The notes beneath the pieces were generated by a model. It worked only from the letters and a program-made list of their open reading frames with translations, made no database searches and had not been told where the DNA came from. Made by a program: the position numbers and the translations under genes. A DNA stretch of 64,000 bases, from positions 1-64,000 of the IMG/VR virus record IMGVR_UViG_3300017971_000201; one strand, 5' to 3'. This stretch comes from a virus. Positions 32,711 to 42,169 of the stretch are shown one piece after another. Every line of letters begins with the position of its first letter. Position 1 is the first letter of the stretch.

Positions 32711-33982
32711 CTAGTACTCCTCATCCTCGTCGCCCTTGTCGTCGGGAATCGAGATGTGGTCACCCCAGGTCGTGGTCGGCGGCTTGTAGTCGCCCGTGGT
32801 GACCCAGAGGCACCCCTGCATGTTGACGGGCATCCCGTTGGGCACGTCGATCATGCCGTCGGTGAACGCGATCACCGCACCGTCGAACCCGTCTTCGTCG
32901 AGCAGCTCGAAGGCCGGGCAGAAGTTCGACCCGCCGCCGCCCTTCACCTCGATCTCGCACGCCTCCTCGACGGTCATGTCCGTGTGGACCGCCGCGTCGC
33001 AGACGATCGCGCGTATCTCGCAGCCCATCTCGTCCATGATCCCCTGGGCCTCGGACATCCCGCGCCGGATCTCGCGCTGGCTCATGGAGCCGGAGCTGTC
33101 GAGCAGGAAGACCACGTCGGCGTAGCCGCCCGCGCACTGCGAGGGGAGGATCGTCCCCAGGGAGTAGGACCGGCGGTTCGGCCGCAGGAACGAGTAGTCT
33201 TCGCGACGCCCGTTCTCGCCGCACCACTTCCTGAGCAGCTCGGTCCAGTCGAGCTTCGGGTGAAGCAGCTCGTCGATGTAGCGGCGCAGGCCGGCCGGAA
33301 GCGTGCCCTTGCTCTTCGAGCGCTGCTCGTGGTGAGCCGCCGCCTCGGCGAGCGTCATCTTCCACTCGTTCTCGAGCTTCTTCTGCGCCGAGCGGTCGCC
33401 GCGCGCCGCCTTCTTGCCGTTGGGCGTGCCGGCCAGGTCGTCTCGGCAGTCGCCCCAGCCCTCTCCACCCGCGCCGTTCGTGTCGACGGTGATGGAGCCG
33501 CCACCCTTGCACTTGATCTCCGTCTTCCCGGAGCCGTTGTCGCCCTTCATGAGGTAGGCGTAGATCTCCTCCATCGACATCCCGTGGAACTTGGGGTCGA
33601 GGAGCGCCCCCTTGGGCAGCTCGATCTCGCCGCACGCCATCTCCTCGATCCAGAAGTTGAAGGAGAGGTCGTGGGCGATGTTGGCGAGCAGGTGGTGCCG
33701 AGTGCCCTTCCGCGCCCAGAACAGGAGGGCCGGGTGGAGCGCCTCGTGGGCGACCACGCCGGCGATCTCCTTGTCGGAGAGCGTGGCAAGGTACTCGACG
33801 CTGAAGATGGCCGTGCCGTCCCGGGAGATCCCGGCCGTCTTGATCCCGTCTTCGGGCCGCGCGGCGCGGGGAGCCATGTTCATGGCGATCCGACCCAGGA
33901 AGGGGAGGCGCGCGACGAGCCTCGTGCGCGCCTTCCCGATCACGTAGGTGACATCGATCGCTGGGGCTTCGGAGCCGCTCAC
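32711..33982 (-). CDS. DUF2201-type metallopeptidase + VWA protein
   Basis: VAHEALH, ANIAHDL, RPNRR, LDSSGSM, GGGGSNF, FTDG. Confidence 0.85.
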   Translation of the reverse strand: MSGSEAPAIDVTYVIGKARTRLVARLPFLGRIAMNMAPRAARPEDGIKTAGISRDGTAIFSVEYLATLSDKEIAGVVAHEALHPALLFWARKGTRHHLLANIAHDLSFNFWIEEMACGEIELPKGALLDPKFHGMSMEEIYAYLMKGDNGSGKTEIKCKGGGSITVDTNGAGGEGWGDCRDDLAGTPNGKKAARGDRSAQKKLENEWKMTLAEAAAHHEQRSKSKGTLPAGLRRYIDELLHPKLDWTELLRKWCGENGRREDYSFLRPNRRSYSLGTILPSQCAGGYADVVFLLDSSGSMSQREIRRGMSEAQGIMDEMGCEIRAIVCDAAVHTDMTVEEACEIEVKGGGGSNFCPAFELLDEDGFDGAVIAFTDGMIDVPNGMPVNMQGCLWVTTGDYKPPTTTWGDHISIPDDKGDEDEEY

Positions 33983-35121
33983 TTGGTCGACTCCGCGAAG
34001 AACTTGAGGACCGCGAGAACCCTCGGATCCTTCTTGTTCTTGTCGGCGGCGTCCACCAGCTTCGAGACGTCGCCACCGTTGGCCTGGAAGACCGAAACAC
34101 CAGCCGCCACGCACTCACGGCTCTTCTGGGAGACGTGCGCCAGGGCGAGGAGGAGCTTGATGTAGATCTTCTTGTCCTTGTCCTGGTTCATGGCGGCGAA
34201 CTCGCCGAGCGCCGTGACGAGCGCGGCCAGCCGGTCGGGCTCCTCGGGCGGGTGAGGCATCGCCTTCTCGGGATCGTCGAGCACTGCCTTCGGGTTCGGC
34301 AGCTCCTTCTGGAGCTTCACGAAAGAGACGAACTCGGTCCCGACGCCGGACCCGACCAGCCCCTCGGCCACGGCGCGGAGCGGACCGAAGTCGCCCTTCC
34401 CGAACTTGAGCGCATCCTCGTAGAGGAGACCGAGGTTGTGCCAGCTCCGGGGGGTGGCGAACTGACCGTTCTCCTTGTCCGCCTGGTTCGGGAGCTGGGA
34501 GAAGAACGCGGGCTTCCACGTGAGGAAGCCGCCGACCACCGGGGGGAGGCTCTGGCTCGCGGCCCAGTACATCCACTCCTCCAGCTCGGGCTCCAGGCTG
34601 ACCAGGCAGACCCGGTTGCGGAGCGGGGAGGGCAGCTCGCGGGCGCCCGCCTTGTCGCTGGCCCGGTTGCCGGTGAGGATGATCCGCACGTTGGGGCTCA
34701 GCTCGAGGTCACCCATGCTGCGCTCCTGGACGAGCTGGAAGCAGGCCGTCTGGACGGCGCGCTGCGCCTGGGTGATGTCCTCGAGCACGAGGACCCCGTA
34801 GGGATCGGAGCCGTCCGGCCCAGCCCCTTTGGCGAGCTGGCCGAGGAACTTGGGCGGGCAGAAGTCGGTGAACCGCTGCTCGGTCTTGTCGAACGTGACC
34901 GTGACCATGAACGGGACACCGCTCATGTCTTCCGGGAGGTGGCCCGTCAGCTCCCGTCTGACGGTCAGACCAGTCGTGCCCACCTTGGCGGCGCGCGCCT
35001 GCTCGGCCGCCCCGATCGCCTGGGCGAGCGCCGACTTTCCGATGCCGGGCCGGCCCAGGAAGAACAGCGGCACGCTGGGTGGTAGAACGGCCGCTAAGTT
35101 GAGGATCTCGTTGAAGTTCAT
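33979..35121 (-). CDS. MoxR-family AAA ATPase
   Basis: GRPGIGKS, GNRASDKAG, PLRNR, FATPRSW. Confidence 0.85.
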   Translation of the reverse strand: MNFNEILNLAAVLPPSVPLFFLGRPGIGKSALAQAIGAAEQARAAKVGTTGLTVRRELTGHLPEDMSGVPFMVTVTFDKTEQRFTDFCPPKFLGQLAKGAGPDGSDPYGVLVLEDITQAQRAVQTACFQLVQERSMGDLELSPNVRIILTGNRASDKAGARELPSPLRNRVCLVSLEPELEEWMYWAASQSLPPVVGGFLTWKPAFFSQLPNQADKENGQFATPRSWHNLGLLYEDALKFGKGDFGPLRAVAEGLVGSGVGTEFVSFVKLQKELPNPKAVLDDPEKAMPHPPEEPDRLAALVTALGEFAAMNQDKDKKIYIKLLLALAHVSQKSRECVAAGVSVFQANGGDVSKLVDAADKNKKDPRVLAVLKFFAESTK

Positions 35122-35216
35122 ATCGCTGGTTGTCTCTCCTCTGCACTGGTTCTACCCGGGTCTCGGGCGCGCCTGTGCCAGATTCCGAAAGAGCTGAGGA
35201 GGCGATCCGTTTCGTC

Positions 35217-35254
35217 TCCTCACCCCTCCCAACAACTCAGCGATTCATTCTCAC
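35217..35254 (-). promoter_or_regulatory. Repeated motif GTGAGAA-N11-GTTGTTGRGAG (copy 1 of 4)
   Basis: Same motif and spacing at 44415, 46011 and 46131. Confidence 0.7.
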
Positions 35255-35268
35255 GAGATTTCTGGAAA

Positions 35269-35886
35269 TCAGGTTCCGGCGCCCACCGTAGGGGCCTCCC
35301 GGGCCTCCCGGGTCCAGCAGACCGGGCAGCCGGCCGCGTACTCCGAGACCCCGCCCACCTTGATCTGGCCGACCTTGGGCTCCTTGCCGATGTAGACCGA
35401 CCGGGTGGCGGTGTTGAAGGATGCGCAGAACTGGCAGTCGGCCTTGCAGTCGATCCGATGGTCGGCGCAGGCCACGATCTTGGGCATCGAGTCGCCGAAC
35501 GGCTCGCCCTCGGAGGTGGCGGGACACCCGGAAACGACTACGTCCGCCCACTGGCGGATGCGCTGGATCGACGGCCAGAGCAGATCTTCGTCGTCCCAGA
35601 GAGATGGCTCGTCGATCCAGACGACGTCCGCGCCACAGCTGGAGGCGATGCTCTCGACATCGTCGGCCGACTCGGTATCGAGGCTGGGGAACTCGTCACC
35701 GTGCTTCGTGACGAGCGTCCCCAGGCGGTCGCCCTTCTCGGGGTTCTCGGGATCTGGCCGGATGGACCGCACCGGACGGATGAGGATGACCGTCTTTCCG
35801 AGACCCTGTAGACGCTGGCAGGTCAGGAGCGCCTTGGTGCTTTTCTCGGCGTGGGTCGGGCCGACGTAGGCGATGAGCAGCTTCAT
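35269..35886 (-). CDS. tdk: Thymidine kinase
   Basis: YVGPTHAEKST, VVWIDEP, GEPF, CQFC, VGG..Y..CPVC. Confidence 0.85.
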   Translation of the reverse strand: MKLLIAYVGPTHAEKSTKALLTCQRLQGLGKTVILIRPVRSIRPDPENPEKGDRLGTLVTKHGDEFPSLDTESADDVESIASSCGADVVWIDEPSLWDDEDLLWPSIQRIRQWADVVVSGCPATSEGEPFGDSMPKIVACADHRIDCKADCQFCASFNTATRSVYIGKEPKVGQIKVGGVSEYAAGCPVCWTREAREAPTVGAGT

Positions 35887-36110
35887 TCCTCGATCCTCAC
35901 GTCAATGCCCCACACGCCCTTCTCCTCGTAGGGCTCGGAGAGGGCCTCGAACACCTGCCGTGACCCGTACAGGTGGTCCTCGGGGTCGTCCGTCTCGACC
36001 CGGAAGAGGTCGCCCATCGCCAGGTCGCGCATCCGCATCCGGCGCTCTTCCCGCTGGCCGTGCTCGTCATCGGCCACGAGGATGATCTGCCGCTTGGTCC
36101 GCGTCATCAC
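35883..36110 (-). CDS. Hypothetical protein
   Basis: Coupled ORF. Confidence 0.5.
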   Translation of the reverse strand: MMTRTKRQIILVADDEHGQREERRMRMRDLAMGDLFRVETDDPEDHLYGSRQVFEALSEPYEEKGVWGIDVRIEE

Positions 36111-36589
36111 GCGGCTTCCTCCTCAGTCTGCTCCTCTTCCTCGAGCCGGGCCTCTCGGGCGAGCATCTCGCGCATCCGGCGCCTGGCCGCCGCGTGGTTG
36201 ATCGGCCTGGAAGCGATCTTCTCCTCCGTCCCGTTGCCGTGGTCAGCTGGACGGCCCATGTTCTCGTCGATCGTGATGATCTCGAAGTTTGCTCCGCAGG
36301 CCGGCTTGTCCGGCACTCGCGTCACGACCAGCTCGCCCTCGTTGTCGTTGCTCCAGGGATCGGCGACCTGCAAGGCCCAGTGGACGACCTCGGTCTTGCC
36401 GCACTCGAGCACCTCATGATCGGTCTCGTAGGCGATCTCCTGCACGAAGTCGATGGCCTTCTCGGCCAAGTTGCGAGCGACCTGGCGGAAACCGACGAAG
36501 CGCTTGATCCGGCGCAGCTTCGGCCTCCTCGAAACACGGCGGTACGACAGCACGATGGGCACTGTCCCGCCTTGCACGACGTTCTCCAT
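36107..36589 (-). CDS. Hypothetical protein
   Basis: ORF with ggagg RBS. Confidence 0.55.
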   Translation of the reverse strand: MENVVQGGTVPIVLSYRRVSRRPKLRRIKRFVGFRQVARNLAEKAIDFVQEIAYETDHEVLECGKTEVVHWALQVADPWSNDNEGELVVTRVPDKPACGANFEIITIDENMGRPADHGNGTEEKIASRPINHAAARRRMREMLAREARLEEEEQTEEEAA

Positions 36590-36597
36590 GTCGCCTC

Positions 36598-38376
36598 CTA
36601 CAGGCCGTTCCAGTCCTTGAGAAAGAGCCGCTCTTCGGCGGCGATCTTGTTGATCTCCTCGTTGAGGTTCTCCACGTCGCCGAACTCATTCCAGTCTACG
36701 CGGAGGACGCGAGTGTAGCGCGACATCACGTCGGCGAGCATCTCGTGCTTGTCATGGATGCGGCGGAGGTAGTCGAGGGGCACGCCGGCCTCCTCGGTGC
36801 GGGCGCGGCGTTTCATGCGGTCGTGGCAGGTCTTGGGGTCAGTCCGCAGGTAGACGATCACGTCAGGGTAGCGGACAAAGCGCTTCAGCGTCCCGAACGT
36901 ATCCTCGTAGATTCCCCACTCGGCCGACGTCATGTTGCCGTCCTCGAAGACGGTCCGGCCGAAGCAGCCATCGGCGAAGATCGTGCGGTCCTGCACGACA
37001 TCGACGCCGTTGTTCGTCAGCTCAGCCGCCAGGGTGTGCTGACGGAACCGAGCCTGGAGCGCGTGCATCTGGAACGTGAACCCCCAGCGCTTGGGGTCGG
37101 CGTAGTAGAGGCCGAGCAGCTCCTTGAAGCGTCCCTTGAGCGGCTCGAACAGGACGTGGGTCGGGCCATCGTAGCCGGTACGGAGTCGCGCGAGCATGTT
37201 GGCACACTCGGTGTTGTGCGTCACCTGGAAGTTCCCGAGCAGGAACCGGCCGTCCCCGTCGAGTGTGAAGCCGGCGTAATCGCCTCGACCCAACGGCTCG
37301 ACCGTGAAGCCGAATCGCAGCGGATTCTTCTTCTGCTTGCGTGGTTGGGGCTTCTTACGCTCGACGCGCATAGGCAGGAACGTCATGTCGCCAGAGATGG
37401 ACATTCGGTAGTAGGAGCGGTCGTAGCCCGGTACGGTCTTGATCGAACGCACAACCCGCAGTCCCAGAGAGCGCGCGACGAAGGTGATGTCGTCGGCGAG
37501 ATGCTCACCCCGCTGGATGATCTCGAAGGAGCCCTTGCACAGGTGCCCGTCCGTGTCGAGAAGCCCGGCCAGCAGCCTTGCTCTGATCTCGCGCGAACCG
37601 TACTTGCAGCGCGCGGGAATGCTGTAGCCGTAGTCCCGCTGCTCCGGCGCCATCAGATGCCGCAGCTTCTCCAGCAGCGGGTTGCCTTTCCCGTCGCGCA
37701 CGAGCCCGAACGTCGGGCAGCGGTCGGGATAGTCGTAGCGGCTCAGGCGGCACCCCTCGGTTGGAGCGAAGTCGCGCAGGTAGTCAATCAGCTCCTCGTC
37801 CGGGAACGTCAGCTGGACACCCTGGCTGAGATCCTTGCGACCATCCCCCAGCCAGAGGCCGATGAAGTAGGGGTCGATCTCCGGCTCGATCACCGGCGGG
37901 AAATCGACCGGAACGGTGAACAGCTTTTGTCTCTCACGCCACGTCTTGTCACGTGTCAGGAACTCGTTGAGTGGAATGTCGATGACCTCGTCCGTCAGCG
38001 TATCCACGACGGTCAGCACGTGTACGTCGTTGCAGATCCACGACGGCGCGCGTTTCGGCTTGATCTCGAACATGGGGCCGGTGCCGCGAGTCGTCGAGCG
38101 CACCTCGCGCGGCTGGCTGTCCGGCCCCATGAGCCGCTGGCCAACCTCGAGTCCACCGGCCTTGACGGTGTGACCATCGTAGAGCAGCACCGGCGTTTCC
38201 GGGTCCAGGCACTTCCCTGTACCGATGTTGGCCTCGATCCCAACGAAGAGACCGCGCCGCTCGCGAAGGTGGGGAAGGGCCTGCATGATCGCGTTCGTGT
38301 CGATCTCCTGAATCGCCTGCATCTGGGCCTGCACGTCGGCCTCCTCGTGTTCGTCGTCTTTGGGTTGGTTGGACAT
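36598..38376 (-). CDS. Deoxynucleoside kinase with intein
   Basis: IEANIGTGK|intein|T; YYADPKRWGFTFQ, QDRTIFAD, PDVIVYL, RARTEE. Confidence 0.9.
   Translation of the reverse strand: MSNQPKDDEHEEADVQAQMQAIQEIDTNAIMQALPHLRERRGLFVGIEANIGTGKCLDPETPVLLYDGHTVKAGGLEVGQRLMGPDSQPREVRSTTRGTGPMFEIKPKRAPSWICNDVHVLTVVDTLTDEVIDIPLNEFLTRDKTWRERQKLFTVPVDFPPVIEPEIDPYFIGLWLGDGRKDLSQGVQLTFPDEELIDYLRDFAPTEGCRLSRYDYPDRCPTFGLVRDGKGNPLLEKLRHLMAPEQRDYGYSIPARCKYGSREIRARLLAGLLDTDGHLCKGSFEIIQRGEHLADDITFVARSLGLRVVRSIKTVPGYDRSYYRMSISGDMTFLPMRVERKKPQPRKQKKNPLRFGFTVEPLGRGDYAGFTLDGDGRFLLGNFQVTHNTECANMLARLRTGYDGPTHVLFEPLKGRFKELLGLYYADPKRWGFTFQMHALQARFRQHTLAAELTNNGVDVVQDRTIFADGCFGRTVFEDGNMTSAEWGIYEDTFGTLKRFVRYPDVIVYLRTDPKTCHDRMKRRARTEEAGVPLDYLRRIHDKHEMLADVMSRYTRVLRVDWNEFGDVENLNEEINKIAAEERLFLKDWNGL
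37213..38211 (-). mobile_element. Intein with LAGLIDADG endonuclease
   Basis: CLDPETP ... IGLWLGDG, LAGLLDTDG ... VTHN followed by T. Confidence 0.92.
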
Positions 38377-38418
38377 GCTGTTTCCGTCCGATCCGCCGGT
38401 CATATACCATCCGCGTCT

Positions 38419-41004
38419 TTAGGCGTTGTCACCCCCGAGTAGCTCCGCAGCTGTGAAGCGCCGCAGGCACTTCATGCAGGTGGTCTTCTTGCCGCTCTCC
38501 TTCATCCGATCGACCACCTTGCGCGAGATGAGCTTGATCTCGCCCTTCTCCTTGCAGCCTGGACAGAAGTAGGCGCCCGAGGTCAGCGCTGACGGCTCTC
38601 GCGCGTCCAGGCGGGCGAGCCTCGCGCGCGCGATCTGGGCGTAGTCCTCATCCTTGTCGCAGGTCACGAACTGGAAGCCGAGCCTCTTCGCGGCCACTGG
38701 CGTCGAGCCCGTCCCGCAGAACGGATCAAGCACGACTCCGCCCTCCTGCGTGACGAGCCGGATGAGGTACTCCATTAACGCAAGCGGCTTCTGGGTCGGG
38801 TGGCTGATCACCTCGTCCTTGTGCTCGTCGTGCTCCTCGAAGCTGTCACCCTCATGGTTGAAGACCAGCTGACAGCGGCGGCAGTAGGACCAACGCTCCT
38901 TCGTCGCTGCCTTGGGCGTATAGAAGAAGCGGCAGCTAGCAGCGAGCTTTTCTTCTACGGTAAGCCCGCATGTAGGCGTTGTGTTCGGATGACGCGGATG
39001 GATCGTCAGAAAGAAGCGGCTTGCGCCTCCTGCGTCATCGAATCCGGTTCTTGGCTGTAAGGATCCCACGCGACCTTTACCGCTATCCGCGATAGCCGGA
39101 CTGGCCGAACGCCGGATGGCAATAGGATTGGTGGGTACGGTGCTCTGGCTGCGCCCACTCTGCCGATCAAGCTCGGCGACCGGACAGCCAGGCGCGCACT
39201 CGTACTCCTGGACCTCTTCCTTGCCATCGTCGTCGGCGTAGGTCTGATCTTCGCCGCGCTGAGTGCGAGCCTTCAGGTTGATCCGCTGGTCTGCACCATC
39301 CTCCGGCAGGTTGCGCTTCACCGCCGTTCCGGTGCGTACCCGCTTCGATCCGACCAGCTGGCACTCGTCAGTAGCACAATGAACGAACCATTTGCGCCAT
39401 CCAGCCGGAATCAGTTCACGGATAACTTCAAGGCGCGCACTTGGGCGCGTAGCCGTTTGTTCTCCGCCCGAATTCTTACAAGTTCTCGTTCCACCTTCCG
39501 GTGGTCCTTGCTGTGGTCTCTCCGATCCGTGACTTCCAGGTTCCTCGGCCGGTTGTCGTCCTTGATCCCGTTCCGGTGGTGAACGATCTCCGTACGCGCC
39601 AGCGGTCTGCCCAGCGTCATCGCGGCAACCGCCCTGTGCTCCAACACGTACTTGCCCTTCACCATCTTCCGAGCGAACGGTCGCAGCGGTTCTGGGAGCA
39701 CTTCGATCATCACGTGCAGGTAGCCGTTGCGGTCCTTGTATCTGCCGCCCTTCCACTGCGACGAATTCTCCCGCAGGAACTTGCCCGTCGCCGCGTCCGC
39801 CATCTTCTTGCGAGACGCTTTCGTGTGGCGTTTCCCTAGTCGGCTGAGGTTGGCCTTCGCATGGCACGCCCGCGAGCAGTACTTCCTTCGCCCGTTCCTC
39901 GCCCATGCCGGTGTGACCTCGAAACTCCGCCGGCAGTGCTTGCAGGTGATCTTCACCCACTGCACCTTGCGCTTCTTGCGGCGCGCTTGTCCAGCGCACG
40001 CCTGAGTACAGAAGCGTCGTTTCGCGAGCCGCGCCGGCATCCCGCGCATCAGCTCTCCGCAGTGCTCGCACGGCTTCGTCAACGCGGTAGTAGGCATAGA
40101 TCGTGGCACGCTGCTCCTCCGTCGCATCGGGTACGAGCGTGTACCAATCATACTCGATATGTGAGAGGATCACGTTCGATGGCCACCGTCCGTCCTTCGA
40201 CTCGCACGCGATGTTCTTGAAGCCGCCTTTGTGGCAGGGAGAGCCTCCCTTGCCCTTCGGGTAGCTCCAGCCTGGGTTCGGGCCGACGCGTGCCGCGTCG
40301 ATGTTCAGCGCGCCTGTTCCGTGTTCCAGAACGTGGTCGGCGTACCGGCCGTTGAACGGCTTGCGGGCCAGCACGATCGGCTCGTGCGCCGGCTTGAGAG
40401 CTGTTCCCCAGCCCTTCCATGCCGCACCTTCCTCGGTCGCCGGCTCATCCCGGATCGTCCGGCCGCCGCGCCTGTCCTTGCTCGAGATCCCCCTGTTGGT
40501 CGTGTGCTCACGCCGCCGGCCCTCGCCAGTGCGGACCTCGTCGTTCGCGAACTTGATCGCGTGCGAGTCCGAGCGGCCGGTCGTCAGCAGCGCGTCGATG
40601 CCCTTCGAGATGTTGTGCGACTTCGGGAAGCCGGTGCCTGTGAGCCAGTCGATCTGGTCGTAGACCTCGAAGCCGGCGAACCGGATCGCCATCACGCCCC
40701 AGTCGAATGTGCGCGTCCCGAAGAATGACATCAGCCAGGCGCCGGGCTTCAGGACACGGTAGACCTCGCGCCAGAGCGTCGGGCCGGGGACGAACCTGTC
40801 CCACTCGTTCTCCATGAAGCCGCCGCCGGCCGGCGCGAAATCCTCACCGGCGAGCCAGGCGCGCATGACCTCAGCTGGATCAGGCTGGTGGACGCCCAGG
40901 CCGTACGGGCTGTCGGTCACACAGGAGTCGATGCACTCGTCGGGGAGCTGCCGCAGGTACTCCGCAGCATCGCCAACCCCGACTGCATTCAGGTAAGACA
41001 CCAA
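38419..41004 (-). CDS. DNA N6-adenine/N4-cytosine methyltransferase (beta class) with large insertion
   Basis: VTDSPYG, GFPKS, GWGTALKPAHEPI, HPTQKP, LDPFCGTGST. Confidence 0.88.
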   Translation of the reverse strand: MVSYLNAVGVGDAAEYLRQLPDECIDSCVTDSPYGLGVHQPDPAEVMRAWLAGEDFAPAGGGFMENEWDRFVPGPTLWREVYRVLKPGAWLMSFFGTRTFDWGVMAIRFAGFEVYDQIDWLTGTGFPKSHNISKGIDALLTTGRSDSHAIKFANDEVRTGEGRRREHTTNRGISSKDRRGGRTIRDEPATEEGAAWKGWGTALKPAHEPIVLARKPFNGRYADHVLEHGTGALNIDAARVGPNPGWSYPKGKGGSPCHKGGFKNIACESKDGRWPSNVILSHIEYDWYTLVPDATEEQRATIYAYYRVDEAVRALRRADARDAGAARETTLLYSGVRWTSAPQEAQGAVGEDHLQALPAEFRGHTGMGEERAKEVLLAGVPCEGQPQPTRETPHESVSQEDGGRGDGQVPAGEFVAVEGRQIQGPQRLPARDDRSAPRTAATVRSEDGEGQVRVGAQGGCRDDAGQTAGAYGDRSPPERDQGRQPAEEPGSHGSERPQQGPPEGGTRTCKNSGGEQTATRPSARLEVIRELIPAGWRKWFVHCATDECQLVGSKRVRTGTAVKRNLPEDGADQRINLKARTQRGEDQTYADDDGKEEVQEYECAPGCPVAELDRQSGRSQSTVPTNPIAIRRSASPAIADSGKGRVGSLQPRTGFDDAGGASRFFLTIHPRHPNTTPTCGLTVEEKLAASCRFFYTPKAATKERWSYCRRCQLVFNHEGDSFEEHDEHKDEVISHPTQKPLALMEYLIRLVTQEGGVVLDPFCGTGSTPVAAKRLGFQFVTCDKDEDYAQIARARLARLDAREPSALTSGAYFCPGCKEKGEIKLISRKVVDRMKESGKKTTCMKCLRRFTAAELLGGDNA
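39411..40097 (-). CDS. HNH endonuclease nested out of frame within the methyltransferase
   Basis: Zn fingers, WKGG, YVLEHRAV..LGRPL..EIVHHRNGIKDDNRPRNLE. Confidence 0.88.
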   Translation of the reverse strand: MPTTALTKPCEHCGELMRGMPARLAKRRFCTQACAGQARRKKRKVQWVKITCKHCRRSFEVTPAWARNGRRKYCSRACHAKANLSRLGKRHTKASRKKMADAATGKFLRENSSQWKGGRYKDRNGYLHVMIEVLPEPLRPFARKMVKGKYVLEHRAVAAMTLGRPLARTEIVHHRNGIKDDNRPRNLEVTDRRDHSKDHRKVERELVRIRAENKRLRAQVRALKLSVN

Positions 41005-41021
41005 TGCCCCCGGCCCGTCGC

Positions 41022-41759
41022 TTACTCGCCGTCATCCCCCGGGCCAGAGTCTACCTCGTCCTTCAGACGTTGGGCGATTTCTTCGAGCTTCTCGCGCATC
41101 GAAGCGCAAGCCGCGTCAAACTCGTCGATTACACCATCGACGATCTCAGCCGCCTCGCCGATGACCGGAGCGCGCATCTCGCGGCGCAGCTCGGCCGCTC
41201 GCTGTCGGATCTCCTGGAGGACGCGCTCCTGAGCGCCGGACCGCAGCCGGTTGTAGGCTTCCTCGACCTTGTTGAGCTTCGTCTCGAGTTTCGCCATGCG
41301 CTTGATGGCGGCATCGGCCTTCTCGCGCTCGCCCTCGGCTAACGCCTTCCAGGCGTTGTCAACCGTCTCGAGAGCCTCCTGGGCGCGCGGAGGGTTCTTC
41401 GCCACCAGGGCCTCGCCCGACATCTGTACGGCGTCCACGAACCAGTCGGCCCTGACCCGGGCCGCGTCCTGGACGGCCGATGACCATCCATCACGCGCCT
41501 TGAGCACTGGAACGCCCCACACACGGCCCATCTCGTGCGCCTGCTTCGAGAAGTTGTGGGAGACGGCTATCGTACAGACGACGATCGCGTCGGCCGGCTG
41601 TGTGTCGAGCCGGCCCTTGCCTCCCTGTGTCTGCTGGTCGATCAGCTCGATGTCGAACGCGTTGCGTGCCCAGACGGGGATGTTCTTCTCCTTACCACCG
41701 ATCACGAGCACGCGGCGGCGTAACGGACCAGACGGCTGATCGCCGTTCCTGTTGGACAT
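41022..41759 (-). CDS. DUF2325-like domain + coiled-coil protein
   Basis: VLVIGG, ADAIVV..VSH. Confidence 0.55.
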   Translation of the reverse strand: MSNRNGDQPSGPLRRRVLVIGGKEKNIPVWARNAFDIELIDQQTQGGKGRLDTQPADAIVVCTIAVSHNFSKQAHEMGRVWGVPVLKARDGWSSAVQDAARVRADWFVDAVQMSGEALVAKNPPRAQEALETVDNAWKALAEGEREKADAAIKRMAKLETKLNKVEEAYNRLRSGAQERVLQEIRQRAAELRREMRAPVIGEAAEIVDGVIDEFDAACASMREKLEEIAQRLKDEVDSGPGDDGE

Positions 41760-41779
41760 GGTGTCCTCCAAGGACCGTT

Positions 41780-42169
41780 CTACCCGGCGTCGGCCACATC
41801 TCGGCCAAGATCGGCCAGGGCCTCGACAGCATCAGCTGGCCAGCGCGGCTTGGTCTCGCGCGTCTTGAGCGTCGTATCGGTGACCTCGACGACCTCGGCT
41901 TCCCAGCCGTCCGAGACCAGGTGCTTGAACCTGTTGACGATCTTGGAGAACCGCCGCGCCCAGGGAACGCTGTCGAACTCCCACGCGTCGTCGATGTTGC
42001 ACGTCGTGTACCACGACCTGTCGGGCGTTATCCGACCATTCTTCCAAGAGCGCCCCGTCTCGGTGGCCGCAGCCCATACGCAGTTCAGGTCCCCGTCGTC
42101 GTCCATGCGCTGGAAGCGCAGGAGAATCCTGGTCGTTGCGCTGTCCTGGATGGTCTCGCGCTCGATCAT
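41780..42169 (-). CDS. Hypothetical protein with terminal motif
   Basis: WPADAVEALADLGR. Confidence 0.55.
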   Translation of the reverse strand: MIERETIQDSATTRILLRFQRMDDDGDLNCVWAAATETGRSWKNGRITPDRSWYTTCNIDDAWEFDSVPWARRFSKIVNRFKHLVSDGWEAEVVEVTDTTLKTRETKPRWPADAVEALADLGRDVADAG

